Assembly (NCBI RefSeq): GCF_964204645.1
Contig: NC_134026.1
Location: 18,200,150 to 18,264,149 of the forward strand
Source: Tubulanus polymorphus
Taxonomy: Eukaryota; Animalia; Nemertea
Direction: 5' to 3'
DNA: 64,000 bases
Positions 11,491 through 22,900 of this stretch are shown here, in pieces. The notes under the pieces are model-generated. The model did no database searches and was not told the DNA's origin. It saw only the letters and a program-made list of their open reading frames with translations. The position numbers and the translations under genes were made by a program. Each line of letters begins with the position of its first letter. The first letter of the stretch is position 1.

Positions 11491-13637
11491 ATAGCCACAT
11501 CTGCATTTACGAACGGACATTCAAGTAAATCTAATTATGATGATAGATACGATTATTTAAAAAGCTATAATGAATTTAGAGAAACAAACTTCCCTTCAGA
11601 ATATGAGCAGAATAATTTTGAGCCTTATGCTTACGATAAGACAGACGATCTGTATGGTAATGAGTTTATTTTAACGGACAGGTGCGATGGGTATAATATG
11701 TGTAGGAAAAGGTCTGCTGGCGAGGATCCCAGACGAAATATGAGTAGTTTACTGTATACTGATGAATCTATGGGGGTATTCGCACTTAGTGAAAATAAAC
11801 CGTTGATGAAAACAGATAGTAATTTATCGGAAAAAGGTCTGTCAGAAGCAGAAATTAAATCGGAAAGAATTGAATCGAATAGCCTATTGAATTTAAATAG
11901 AGAAGATATAACGTGGAGTAATGATGGTATGAATAATAAAATTCGATTGTAAAATTAGTAATGATTGCGATAGTCAGATTGAATCTACCGCAGTAAATGA
12001 CGGAGAGATAGATAATGAAAATGTTTCTAGTTTAAGCTCATACTCTGAAGGAGAGGAATATTCAAAAATTATATCAAATAAGGAATTAGTAGAAAAGTGT
12101 ATACAAAATCAGTTTGAAATTGAAACTAAGAAAATTAAAAAACGTGTGAGTTTTGATACGATGTCCGAAATAAATGCGGAGGTTCAAATTCGTATTTGGA
12201 ATGTAGTCGTGTTGCTGTGTTCGTTTGGTTCTATAGTCCCTAATTTCAAATTCCTTTATTAATTATGGAAGATATTACGTTCATTTGGAACTAAATAACG
12301 TATGTTGTATTGTATGTCGTTGCATAGTTATCATTTATCGGGATCTATTGGTTTAGCATTGGGAGTGAATTGTACCTTATATATTTACTGAAATTCTCAT
12401 ATATTATCGCTATGCCATCTTCATCTGCAAACCCGTGGGGAGTGTTTTGGGTTTGATTGCTTAGTTTTGTTTGGGTTGTTCCGTGTCACTTTCGTTCCGG
12501 CCAGAGTCGAACTCGTCGGGAGTGAACTTTACTGTTTCGCAATCATCGTGGGACCGTCGCCGTCGCCGTCTTCACATATACTTGCAGTCGCCGGATTCGC
12601 TTTACGTGACCTCAACTTAGCGCGATCGTCCGTATCCTGAATCTGAATGCCGTTTTTCGGACTTCGCCTAATTCGCTGTCGTGCAGATTGTCGGGCGTTC
12701 GGTCGCTTGTCCCGTTATAGCGCGGTTACATCGTTCCGGAGAGTGGTTCTCAATATGGTGCCGTCGTTCTTGCGATCCCTGGAAGTCACGTATATTATGG
12801 CCGGTGTGATGGATAATTATATTCAGGATCATAATATGGTCCATCCGAAAGAAATAAAACCGAAACGAACTGTGAGACTGTGCCAGTTTGTTCGTTAACA
12901 CCTATGGCCGTCATTCTGTATTATAAGCTGTCAGTAGTTCGTTCAAAAAAAACCGCTTCGTCATTGTTTGCGCCGTAATCGAATTGATTAGTACTCGTCT
13001 GTGGCGATGTCGTTTGCATTATAATATATACCTGTTTGTTCTACGTCCAAATGTTTAATATGTCGTATGACTTGTTTTGTTGTGTACTCATGTCATTTGT
13101 ACGGTTACTTGATTTGCTGCTTTTGAATGGAGACCGTTTATCGACGCGAGAGCCGCCGTTATTCGAGAAGATTCTGATTCGCCATCTAGGTGGGTGCGTT
13201 ATTGTGTGTGAGTGGTACCGATACATGCTACGTAACGTTCTTGCTAATTGAATGACTTAATCGAACTTATTGTGCATTCAATTTTCGTACATAAGTGATC
13301 AACTTTTGTGTTGCGCGTTGTATGCTGAACTGCTGCGGAAGTGAAAATAGAATAGTGGAAAAAATATTTACATATATAATAATGCATTAATGAATGAAAT
13401 TAGTTAAATGAATAAATAAATTGCCATGTATAATGATAAATGAATGATGATATTAATTATGATAATATATACTACTGATGATAATTATGTTAAATTAAAT
13501 TCCTTAAGAATGCTGTCGTATCTGTATTGTATTGCTTGTGTATTGTTGTATCTTATATTTGATCTGGTTGAAAAAAGTTAATGTCTGGATGGTTGCCATT
13601 TGTTTTTCGGGGCGAAAAAAAATTAAGCCTGGGGGGA

Positions 13638-14059
13638 TGATAGTTGACTAGGGTTAATCAAATAATGATATAAATATTAATAACGTCTGGGGAAACAAAA
13701 AACAAATAAAATAATGATTTGAAGAGTTGGGTTTAACGAAGAAAACAAGAAATGTAAATAGCTTAGTCTAAGGGAATAGTTCAGAAAACATGATTCAGAA
13801 ACTTGGTATGTAGTGTTGGTGGTTGGAAATATATTTCTAGTCGGAGAGTGGTTGATGGAGGCTGCAGATTTTGTAGACACCATACTAAATTTGGTACGGA
13901 GAGATCACGTGGTTGAAACTTGGTAGAGGGAGAGACTAGAAGTTGGGAAACAAGTAGAGAGGGAGAGAGTTCGAATTTTGGCAGCCACCAGTACAGTTGT
14001 TAGTAGATCCCATGAGATTGCCTAGTTGTTAGTTTATTTTTTGGAGAGGCAATCGATCA
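13638..14059 (+). repeat. 3' LTR of Gypsy B, preceded by PPT GGGGGGA (13631-13637)
   Basis: TG...CA ends; from 13720 onward it matches 9819-10171. Confidence 0.9.
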
Positions 14060-15109
14060 CCAGACAAGGATCGCAAAGAGTCATCGATGCGAGGTAGAGG
14101 ATAAGCATCTTTAACGGTCACTTCGTTCAAACGACGATAATCAATGCAATACCGCATTGATCCATCCTTCTTAGTCACCAGCACGATAGGACTGGCCCAA
14201 GGGCTACAAGACGGCTCGACTACTCCTTTCTCTAATATATCCTTAAGGTGCTTGTTGGCAACCTCCTACGAGGCCTTTGCCTGACAGGATGGGCATTGCC
14301 AGTGTCTATAGTGTGCCTCACACCTCTCGCACAACCTAGGTCCATATCCGCTTGTATAAATATATCAGCATACTCAAGTATGACCTTTCGGATTTTAGAT
14401 CTATCCTGAGGACCGAAGCCCTCACAACTACGACGAACCAGGTCTTCGAAATACTCGGAAGTGTCGCTCTCTTGATGTGTTACGGTAGCACTATCGTTCT
14501 TATCGAAGGCACAAACTGCACAACTCATAACAGGAGCAAGAATACCGAGAACACATCCTTGATGTACGGTGATTGGATGTTCGGAAGAATTCAACAATCT
14601 GACAGGAAAACTCATGCCCTCGGTGTCTAGCACACACTTTCCAACAAGGAGATCACTACTGACATGTCTCGAAGGACATGCTTCGACTACACCCCACTTG
14701 CTATTTACCGATGGGTCAACGGCCAATGCGGAAACGATCACTTCACTACGAGCAGGAATCACCGTCCTTGACGACGCGACGACCAGGTTATCCTCCGAGT
14801 CTTCGTTGAATCTACGGGAGTCAAATATCTGACCGTTCTTGAAAACGATAGAACGTCTCTTAGGGAATATCTCACAGTCAAAATAAGAAAGGAAATCCAT
14901 ACCAAGAATCACCTCCTGATTGATATCTGCCACAACAAAATTCCACGACATCGGTTGTTCAAACAACACGAACTCAGCTTCAGCCTGACCGAATACGGGT
15001 ATAGGCTCGTGACTAGCAGAGATTAACTCTGCTCGAACATCTGACAGGGGAAACAAATATGAACTACGATCCTTAAAACACTTAACGCTCAAGATGGAAG
15101 ATTGATATT

Positions 15110-15120
15110 CAAAATGGCGG
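15110..15120 (+). promoter_or_regulatory. YY1-like motif at the LINE 5' end (putative internal promoter)
   Basis: CAAAATGGCGG at +10 to +20 of LINE A, a position analogous to the L1 YY1 site. Confidence 0.4.
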
Positions 15121-15769
15121 TGGTGTTGGAGTCGCTTCTCCGTCACTGATATGGTTTTTTGGATTTTTACCTCAATTCTCAGTTAGCCACAAGTTTAAAC
15201 ATGGATCTAAAAGACCTCTCACGGTTGTTTGTTATGGTGGAAGGATTACGGAAAGTGATATCCTATCAGCCCTGGGATCTAAATCAGTTCGAGTGCGTGC
15301 GATTCAAATCACAAAAACTGGTGAGTGTAGAATAACGTTCAAGGACACGAGTGCAGATGAGGATTTCATAAAAAATCCACCGAACATAAAAGACCGCACG
15401 TTAAAAGTTAATAAAGCTGACGATGTACAAGATGTTACGAACGTTACAATTAAAGATGCACCAGTTGAACTATCAGATGCGTTCATTGCCTCCCAATTAT
15501 CGACAGTAATAGGGATAATAGGCTTTCAGGCCAAAGGTCGAACGGTCGAGCTCATAAAAAATGAAAAATATGAAAATAATAACAATTTCTACTTGAATTA
15601 GTCGCGAAACTCATAAAAAATGAAAAATAATTCTCACGCTCGAATTTATTTTTCATTTTTACTCGCTAGAAAAAAGTGTGAGTAAAGTGTGAGTGAAATA
15701 ATTCATAAATCATTGAATATTTATATTTATATGCGTTGGATTCATTTTAATAAAAGTTTTGTTATTAAA

Positions 15770-16390
15770 ATGAAGACAGAAGAAGAAGAACCCAACTTTA
15801 AAATCGAAATAAAAGAAACCAATAAATCATTTTCATTATTTAACATTAAAAATTATATTTCAGCAACAAATTTAGTGTCCGCAAGGTATTATAAAATTTA
15901 TGACATTACTATGATTAATCAAATATCATCAAATGAAACATATTTAATTACTAAACTAATTGATACTTTTGATAATGGTGTTAAAAATCCTAAATTGTTC
16001 AATACAGTTTTGAATTTTAAAGGAACTTTAGATGAAAACATAATTAATATACTTCAAACCCCTTTCAATGAAAGAAATGATGATATAATACTTTCAAAAG
16101 ATTACAATGACTTGATTAACTTAAGAATTGAAAAAAGACAATTATATTATTTCAATTTTGATAATAAACAAATTATCTATAATGAAAATTCATCAAATAT
16201 TGGAATTCAATGTGAATTAGATAATGAAAAATCATTTAAAGATATTGCAGTTCAATGTAATTTAGATGATGAATTTAGAAAATTCAATCCTAATGAAAAA
16301 GTGCATTGTTATTGCGGAGGTAAATATTTAAAATCACATAAATCAAAGCATTATGAAACAATTAAACATAAAAACTGGCGTAAAGAGTAA
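15770..16390 (+). CDS. 206-aa hypothetical protein with C-terminal CxCG...H...H zinc finger (left arm copy)
   Basis: Intact intronless ORF from TTAAAATG; C-terminus HCYCGGKYLKSHKSKHYETIKH resembles C2H2-like fingers of large-DNA-virus/Polinton proteins. The track starts it at an upstream GTG (15689). Confidence 0.75.
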   Translation: MKTEEEEPNFKIEIKETNKSFSLFNIKNYISATNLVSARYYKIYDITMINQISSNETYLITKLIDTFDNGVKNPKLFNTVLNFKGTLDENIINILQTPFNERNDDIILSKDYNDLINLRIEKRQLYYFNFDNKQIIYNENSSNIGIQCELDNEKSFKDIAVQCNLDDEFRKFNPNEKVHCYCGGKYLKSHKSKHYETIKHKNWRKE

Positions 16391-16440
16391 CAATTCTACA
16401 TTATAATTATTGAATTGAGTTAAATGATTTAAATACCTAA

Positions 16441-16857
16441 TAGACTGTTAAAATGATAAATTGTTTGACAGTTGAAATGATAAATTGTTTGACAGTTGAA
16501 ATGATAAATTGTTTGACAGTTGAAATGATAAATTGTTTGACAGTTGAAATGTTAAATTGTTTGACAGTTGAAATGATAAATTGTTTGACAGTTGAAATGA
16601 TAAATTGTTTGACAGTTGAAATGATAAATTGTTTTACAGTTGAAATGATAAATTGTTTGACAGTTAAAATGATAAATTGTTTGACAGTTGAAATGATAAA
16701 TTGTTTGACAGTTGAAATGATAAATTGTTTGACAGTTGAAATGATAAATTGTTTGACAGTTGAAATGATAAATTGTTTGACAGTTGAAATGATAAATTGT
16801 TTGACAGTTGAAATGATAAATTGTTTGACAGTTGAAATGTTAAATTGTTTGACAGTT
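16441..16857 (+). repeat. 24-bp tandem repeat (AAATGATAAATTGTTTGACAGTTG), ~17 copies
   Basis: Translates as 17 MINCLTVE units. Confidence 0.95.
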
Positions 16858-16968
16858 ACAATCCTTACTGATATTTTCATAATAAAAGAAAAGCGCAGCC
16901 AATATTAATCCACCTGCTACTAAATAATGTTTCAAATCACTTTTCCCAGTTGGGATGAAACCATCCAT
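16840..16968 (-). CDS. 42-aa small ORF with one hydrophobic helix (MDGFIPTGKSDLKHYLVAGGLILAALFFYYENISKDCNCQTI)
   Basis: Hand-translated; starts in TAAATAAATGG context in the unique centre of the palindrome; the last codons run into the 24-bp array. Confidence 0.45.
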   Translation of the reverse strand: MDGFIPTGKSDLKHYLVAGGLILAALFFYYENISKDCNCQTI

Positions 16969-17088
16969 TTATTTAAGAGAAAAAATTAAACAGTTAATAA
17001 AATATTTGCTAGTTTTTAATTAAATATTTTATAATCATTTTAAAAATATTAAACTTTTAAATGATTAAATCAAATAACAATTAAATTT

Positions 17089-18699
17089 ACAGCCAAACAA
17101 TTTAACATTTCAACTGTCAAACAATTTATCATTTCAACTGTCAAACAATTTATCATTTCAACTGTCAAACAATTTATCATTTCAACTCTCAAACAATTTA
17201 TCATTTCAACTCTCAAACAATTTATCATTTCAACTCTCAAACAATTTATCATTTCAACTGTCTTATCATTTCAACTGTCAAACAATTTATCATTTCAACT
17301 GTCAAACAATTTATCATTTCAACTGTCAAACAATTTATCATTTCAACTGTCAAACAATTTATCATTTCAACTGTCAAACAATTTATCATTTCAACTGTCA
17401 AACAATTTATCATTTCAACTGTCTTATCATTTCAACAGTCGAACAATTTATCATTTCAACTGTCAAACAATTTATCATTTCAACTCTCAAACAATTTATC
17501 ATTTCAACTGTCAAACAATTTATCATTTCAACTGTCAAACCATTTATCATTTCAACTGTCAAACAATTTATCATTTCAACTGTCAAACAATTTATCATTT
17601 CAACTGTCAAACAATTTATCATTTCAACTGTCAAACAATTTATCATTTCAACTGTCTTATCATTTCAACAGTCGAACAATTTATCATTTCAACTGTCAAA
17701 CAATTTATCATTTCAACTCTCAAACAATTTATCATTTCAACTGTCAAACAATTTATCATTTCAACTGTCAAACAATTTATCATTTCAACTGTCAAACCAT
17801 TTATCATTTCAACTGTCAAACAATTTATCATTTCAACTGTCTTATCATTTCAACTGTCAAAGAATTTATCATTTCAACTGTCAAACAATTTATCATTTCA
17901 ACTGTCAAACAATTTATCATTTCAACTGTCAAATAATTTATCATTTCAACTGTCAAATAATTTATCATTTCAACTGTCAAACAATTTATCGTTTCAACTG
18001 TCAACCAATTTATCATTTCAACTGTCAAACAATTTATCATTTCAACTGACTAACAATTTAACATTTCAACTGTCAAACAATTTATCATTTCAACTGTCAA
18101 CCAATTTATCATTTCAACTGTCAAACAATTTATCATTTCAACTGTCAAAAAATTTATCATTTCAACTGTCAAACAATTTAACATTTCAACTGTCAAACAA
18201 TTTAACATTTCAACTGTCAAACAATTTATCATTTCAACTGTCAAACAATTTATCATTTCAACTGTCAAACAATTTATCATTTCAACTGTCAAACAATTTA
18301 TCATTTCAACTGTCAAACAATTTATCATTTCAACTGTCAAACAATTTATCATTTCAACTGTCAAACAATTTAACATTTCAACTGTCAAACAATTTAACAT
18401 TTCAACTGTCAAACAATTTATCATTTCAACTGTCAAACAATTTATCATTTCAACTGTCAAACAATTTATCAATTCAACTGTCAAACAATTTATCATTTCA
18501 ACTGTCAAACAATTTATCATTTCAACGGTCAAACAATTTATCATTTCAACTGTCAAACAATTTATCATTTCAACTGTCAAACAATTTATCATTTCAACTG
18601 TCAAACAATTTATCATTTCAACTGTCAAACAATTTATCATTTCAACCGTCAAACAATTTATCATTTCAACCGTCAAACAATTTATCATTTTAACAGTCT
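17089..18699 (-). repeat. Inverted 24-bp tandem array, roughly 67 copies with 16-bp variants and higher-order duplications
   Basis: Reverse complement of the 16441-16857 unit; shortened units near 17262, 17423, 17656 and 17841; variant AACAGTCGAAC appears twice. Confidence 0.95.
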
Positions 18700-18750
18700 A
18701 TTAGATATTTAAATCATTTAACTCAATTCAATAATTATAATGTAGAATTG

Positions 18751-19371
18751 TTACTCTTTACGCCAGTTTTTATGTTTTATTGTTTCATAATGCTTTGATT
18801 TATGTGATTTTAAATATTTACCTCCGCAATAACAATGCACTTTTTCATTAGGATTGAATTTTCTAAATTCATCATCTAAATTACATTGAACTGCAATATC
18901 TTTAAATGATTTTTCATTATCTAATTCACATTGAATTCCAATATTTGATGAATTTTCATTATAGATAATTAGTTTATTATCAAAATTGAAATAATATAAT
19001 TGTCTTTTTTCAATTCTTAAGTTAATCAAATCATTGTAATCTTTTGAAAGTATTATATCATCATTTCTTTCATTGAAAGGGGTTTGAAGTATATCAATTA
19101 TGTTTTCATCTAAAGTTCCTTTAAAATTTAAAACTGTATTGAACAATTTAGGATTTTTAACACCATTATCAAAAGTATCAATTAGTTTAGTAATTAAATA
19201 TGTTTCATTTGATGATATTTGATTAATCATAGTAATGTCATAAATTTTATAATACCTTGCGGACACTAAATTTGTTGCTGAAATATAATTTTTAATGTTA
19301 AATAATGAAAATGATTTATTGGTTTCTTTTATTTCGATTTTAAAGTTGGGTTCTTCTTCTTCTGTCTTCAT
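18751..19371 (-). CDS. 206-aa Zn-finger hypothetical protein (right arm copy)
   Basis: Identical to the left copy except N>D (ENIIDIL) and Q>L (DNKLII). Confidence 0.75.
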   Translation of the reverse strand: MKTEEEEPNFKIEIKETNKSFSLFNIKNYISATNLVSARYYKIYDITMINQISSNETYLITKLIDTFDNGVKNPKLFNTVLNFKGTLDENIIDILQTPFNERNDDIILSKDYNDLINLRIEKRQLYYFNFDNKLIIYNENSSNIGIQCELDNEKSFKDIAVQCNLDDEFRKFNPNEKVHCYCGGKYLKSHKSKHYETIKHKNWRKE

Positions 19372-19988
19372 TTTAATAACAAAACTTTTATTAAAATGAA
19401 TCCAACGCATATAAATATAAATATTCAATGATTTATGAATTATTTCACTCACACTTTACTCACACTTTTTTCTAACGCGTAAAAATGAAAAATAAATTCG
19501 AGCGTGTGAGAATTATTTTTCATTTTTTATGAGTTTCGCGACTAATTCAAGTAGAAATTGTTATTATTTTCATATTTTTCATTTTTTATGTGCTCGACCG
19601 TTCGACCTTTGGCCTGAAAGCCTATTATCCCTATTACTATCGACATACGGTGAGGTAATAAATGGGAGTATCAGAAGAGGGAAAATAAAAGACACTGATT
19701 ATTAGGCAGGCTCTATTTATGCTAAATTGCTTAAAGTGAAAGTATAATTCCGGTTAATTCAAAATTTGGAAGATTCGAAGTCCGACTTTACTGCGATAAT
19801 AATAAAACGCAGTGTGTGTATTGCGGTGAAACGGATCACCAGTATTATCGTTGTCTCTTGCGTACTCGCAAACTCTGTTTTAAATGTAAATTTCCAGACC
19901 ATCTAGCAGCCAATTGTCCATCTGGCGTTTTATGTTTCTACTGCCGTAAGGAAGGGCATAAAAAATCAGAATGTCCGATATTACAGGG

Positions 19989-22900
19989 TGTCTTGAATTC
20001 CATCCTTGTCCCTTCGGTTGAGCCGAGAAGTAACTTTTTAACGACCAGTTTTTCTAGTTTTCATGACTTTTTATTTATTCTTTACACTTCCGGTTCTGGC
20101 AAGTGAGCATTCACAGATTTTTTCCTATAGATGGCAGCAGTAGCCAAGGTTACAATACAGAGTGTTTCATAACAAATGTCACACCAAAAATTGAACACAA
20201 ATAAACAAACATATCGATGCCACTGCAATCAATCAATGACGTCGTTAATAATACTGATCAATAATAAAAAATATATTCGCACTTCGCGACACTCCCACCA
20301 AGGAGAGCAAATAGTAATCTCACCTAATTTTATGATTAGAATTAGTAACTATTAATACTGGTTTATGCAATTCCAATTAGAGAATACTAACTAATCAATA
20401 ATGATAATACACATACACACACTTTAACTCCTTACAAAAAATAACTCCTACATTAATTTTCCTAACACACGTCACAGTGTTTTTTCTTTTTAAATGAAAA
20501 TAATCAATCTTTTACTTTACGTTCATTTTATGAGTTTCCATTATAATACCCTAAAATTACTTTACACCCTTAACGGTATTTAAACAGCAACGGAGTAAAT
20601 ATAGTTCTTTTCACAGTCACCAAGAAAAAATGTAGGCTCTTTAATACGCACGCAGTTCATACCGTTATAATACACCAACGCCGCACAAATAACAGTCAGT
20701 TTTTTTTTGTTTTAACTATATTCACCACTGATCCAGTCCGTGACTAGTTGAATGACATATTACTTCACTTTGCGGAAATCATATGGAATTTATCTACGCA
20801 CGAAGCTGCTTTATTATATATAACTGTGAGCTAAAAAGCTCACAACTGACCATAGCACTAGCAGCAAAGATTTTCGAATCTTTAAGCACAATCAAAACAG
20901 AATAGCATGAATGATCCCGCTGGATCTTCGTCGTTAATCCATCCTTTGATTTTATCCCGAGCTGCTCGAGCAGCTGAACGTTTTGGACGATCCGGGAATA
21001 TCACGCTTTTTTCCTGTGGTACAGGTACATTAGACGCATTCGGAGGATCCGGGTATATGTTGTCTCGTTTCGCTACAGCTACATCTGACCCCATTGGTAA
21101 GTAAATTCCATTTTTGTCCAACTGTAGACCCAAATCGGTTTTCAACTTATTTTTCAAATTTTTCTGTACTGCATTGATGACTTCAGGGAATGCCGATTTC
21201 TGGATAAACTTATCCCATCTCAGTTTGGCTTCTTCAATCAAATGTATGTTCAAACATTCTTCACCGACATGTTCTTTTTTCATCATCTTAAACAGTTTCA
21301 GAATCCATGCTGTTACTCTGAGTAACTTTATAAAGGAGGAGAATTTCTTCATATTCACTTCACATGGACCAATAAACTCAACGCTCAGGAGAGGGGTGCC
21401 CTCCCCAGCCACCAATTCTCCTTCTATTTCTTTAGTAAGAATCATTTCTTGCTCATGTACTTCATCGGCAGATTTATTCCATACCGGCCATTTATTTTCT
21501 TTCATAACAAATTCTGGACCATTCCACCAGATTTTTCTATTCATTTCTTCAACAGTGCATGGTCGAGTCGCAATATCTGCTGGATTTGATGCGCTTTCGA
21601 CATAGTGCCACTGTACAGCTTGGTGTTTTCTAATTTCTTTCAGACGATTTTCGATGAAGACAGGCTGTTTCTTCCTCGACTTGATCCAATTCAACACACA
21701 CTGTGAATCCGTCCACAAATGAGTTTCATCTATTAGGGTTGGTAGTTCGTTCGTCACATAATTTAAACATCTCACGCCAATCAGCACAGCCATTAGTTCC
21801 ATTCTTGGTATGGTACAACCTTTTTTCGGAGCTAACCTCGATTTGGCAAATATCAGATTGACTTTCTGTTCAGTAAAACTCTCAACCTTCAGGTATACAA
21901 GTGTTGAATAAGCTCTATCTGACGCATCACAGAAACATAACAGTAGGTACCTCAATGGATCTTTAACTCCCATATATCTGGGTACCCTCACAGTAGAAAT
22001 CAAGTCTAATTGCCTTTCAATCCTCATCCACACAGATCTCTGTTCTTCAGTCAAATCATCATCCCAACCTTTTTCTTTCAACCATAACTCTTGAATCAAC
22101 AATTTTCCTCCAAGAATCACTGGGGAAAATAGTCCAAGCGGATCAAAATGAGATGACAATCTCATCAATATTTGACGTTTGGTATTTACAATATTTCTTT
22201 CTTTCATTTCTTTTTTCATGGATGGGATACTGAGTTCATCTCGTTTTCTATCCCATGTTACACCAAGGACCTTCATAACCACATCATTCTGTTCATGATC
22301 CTCCTTGAGTACGTTCTTCATAAATTCACTATCATTTGATGCATAACATCTCAGATTCATTCCCATCTGATTAAAACTTTTCTTCGATTCTTCGTAGAAT
22401 GTCTCTTTTCCACTGTCGATACTAACAACCATGTTGTCGACATACATATTTTTTCGCATTTTTTCTGCTACAGCACTATTCTCAGTTCGTAAGTGATGAT
22501 CAATTACAGCTGATAATAGGAATGGGCTTGAAATAACACCGAATGGTACTCTACAGAAGCGGTATGTCTGTATGTTTTCTGCTACACATGGTCCATCCAC
22601 ATCTTTCAGCCAAAGGAATCTTGTCACGTCACGCTGACTTTCATGCAGTGAGATTTGTAGGAAGGCTTTTTCAACATCAGCCACAATTGCCACTTTATGA
22701 ATCCTAAATCTCATCAGTAGACCACATAAGTCAGACAGTAACACAGGACCGCGGTACAGACATTCATTTAAACTCTTGTTCTCTCTTGTCCTCTTACACG
22801 ACGCATCAAAAACGACTCGCACTTTAGTTGTCGTTTTCTGAGGTGTCATCACCGCATGATGTGGGATGTAGTGTATTTGGTTGTCTGTTGGTTTATCTTC

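Larger units (their letters stand above)
9819..14059 (+). mobile_element. Gypsy-like LTR retrotransposon B, pol-deleted, inserted in the RT of Gypsy A
   Basis: 5' LTR (5'-clipped) 9819-10171 and 3' LTR 13638-14059 (TGATAG...GATCA) are near-identical; PBS and PPT present; gag with two CCHC knuckles. Confidence 0.9.
15505..19638. mobile_element. Non-autonomous Polinton/Maverick-like palindromic element (4,134 bp)
   Basis: Termini AGTAATAGGGATAATAGG...CCTATTATCCCTATTACT; 6-bp TSD ATCGAC (15499-15504, 19639-19644); excision restores LINE ORF1 in frame (SQLSTYGEVI); >1.3-kb inverted arms; very AT-rich. Confidence 0.8.

Noticed and set aside
9770-13883. Duplicated small minus-strand ORFs MVST(E/K)SAASINH (9770-9982, 13677-13883)
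   Set aside because: Chance ORFs inside the two LTR copies.
16441-16857. TTGACA as bacterial -35 boxes or bacterial contamination
   Set aside because: Part of the tandem unit with no properly spaced -10; the element sits in a LINE with a clean TSD.
16437-18688. ORFs of (MINCLTVE)n / (ISTVKQFI)n as repeat proteins
   Set aside because: By-product of a 24-bp unit lacking stops in those frames; 16-bp variant units break the frame repeatedly.
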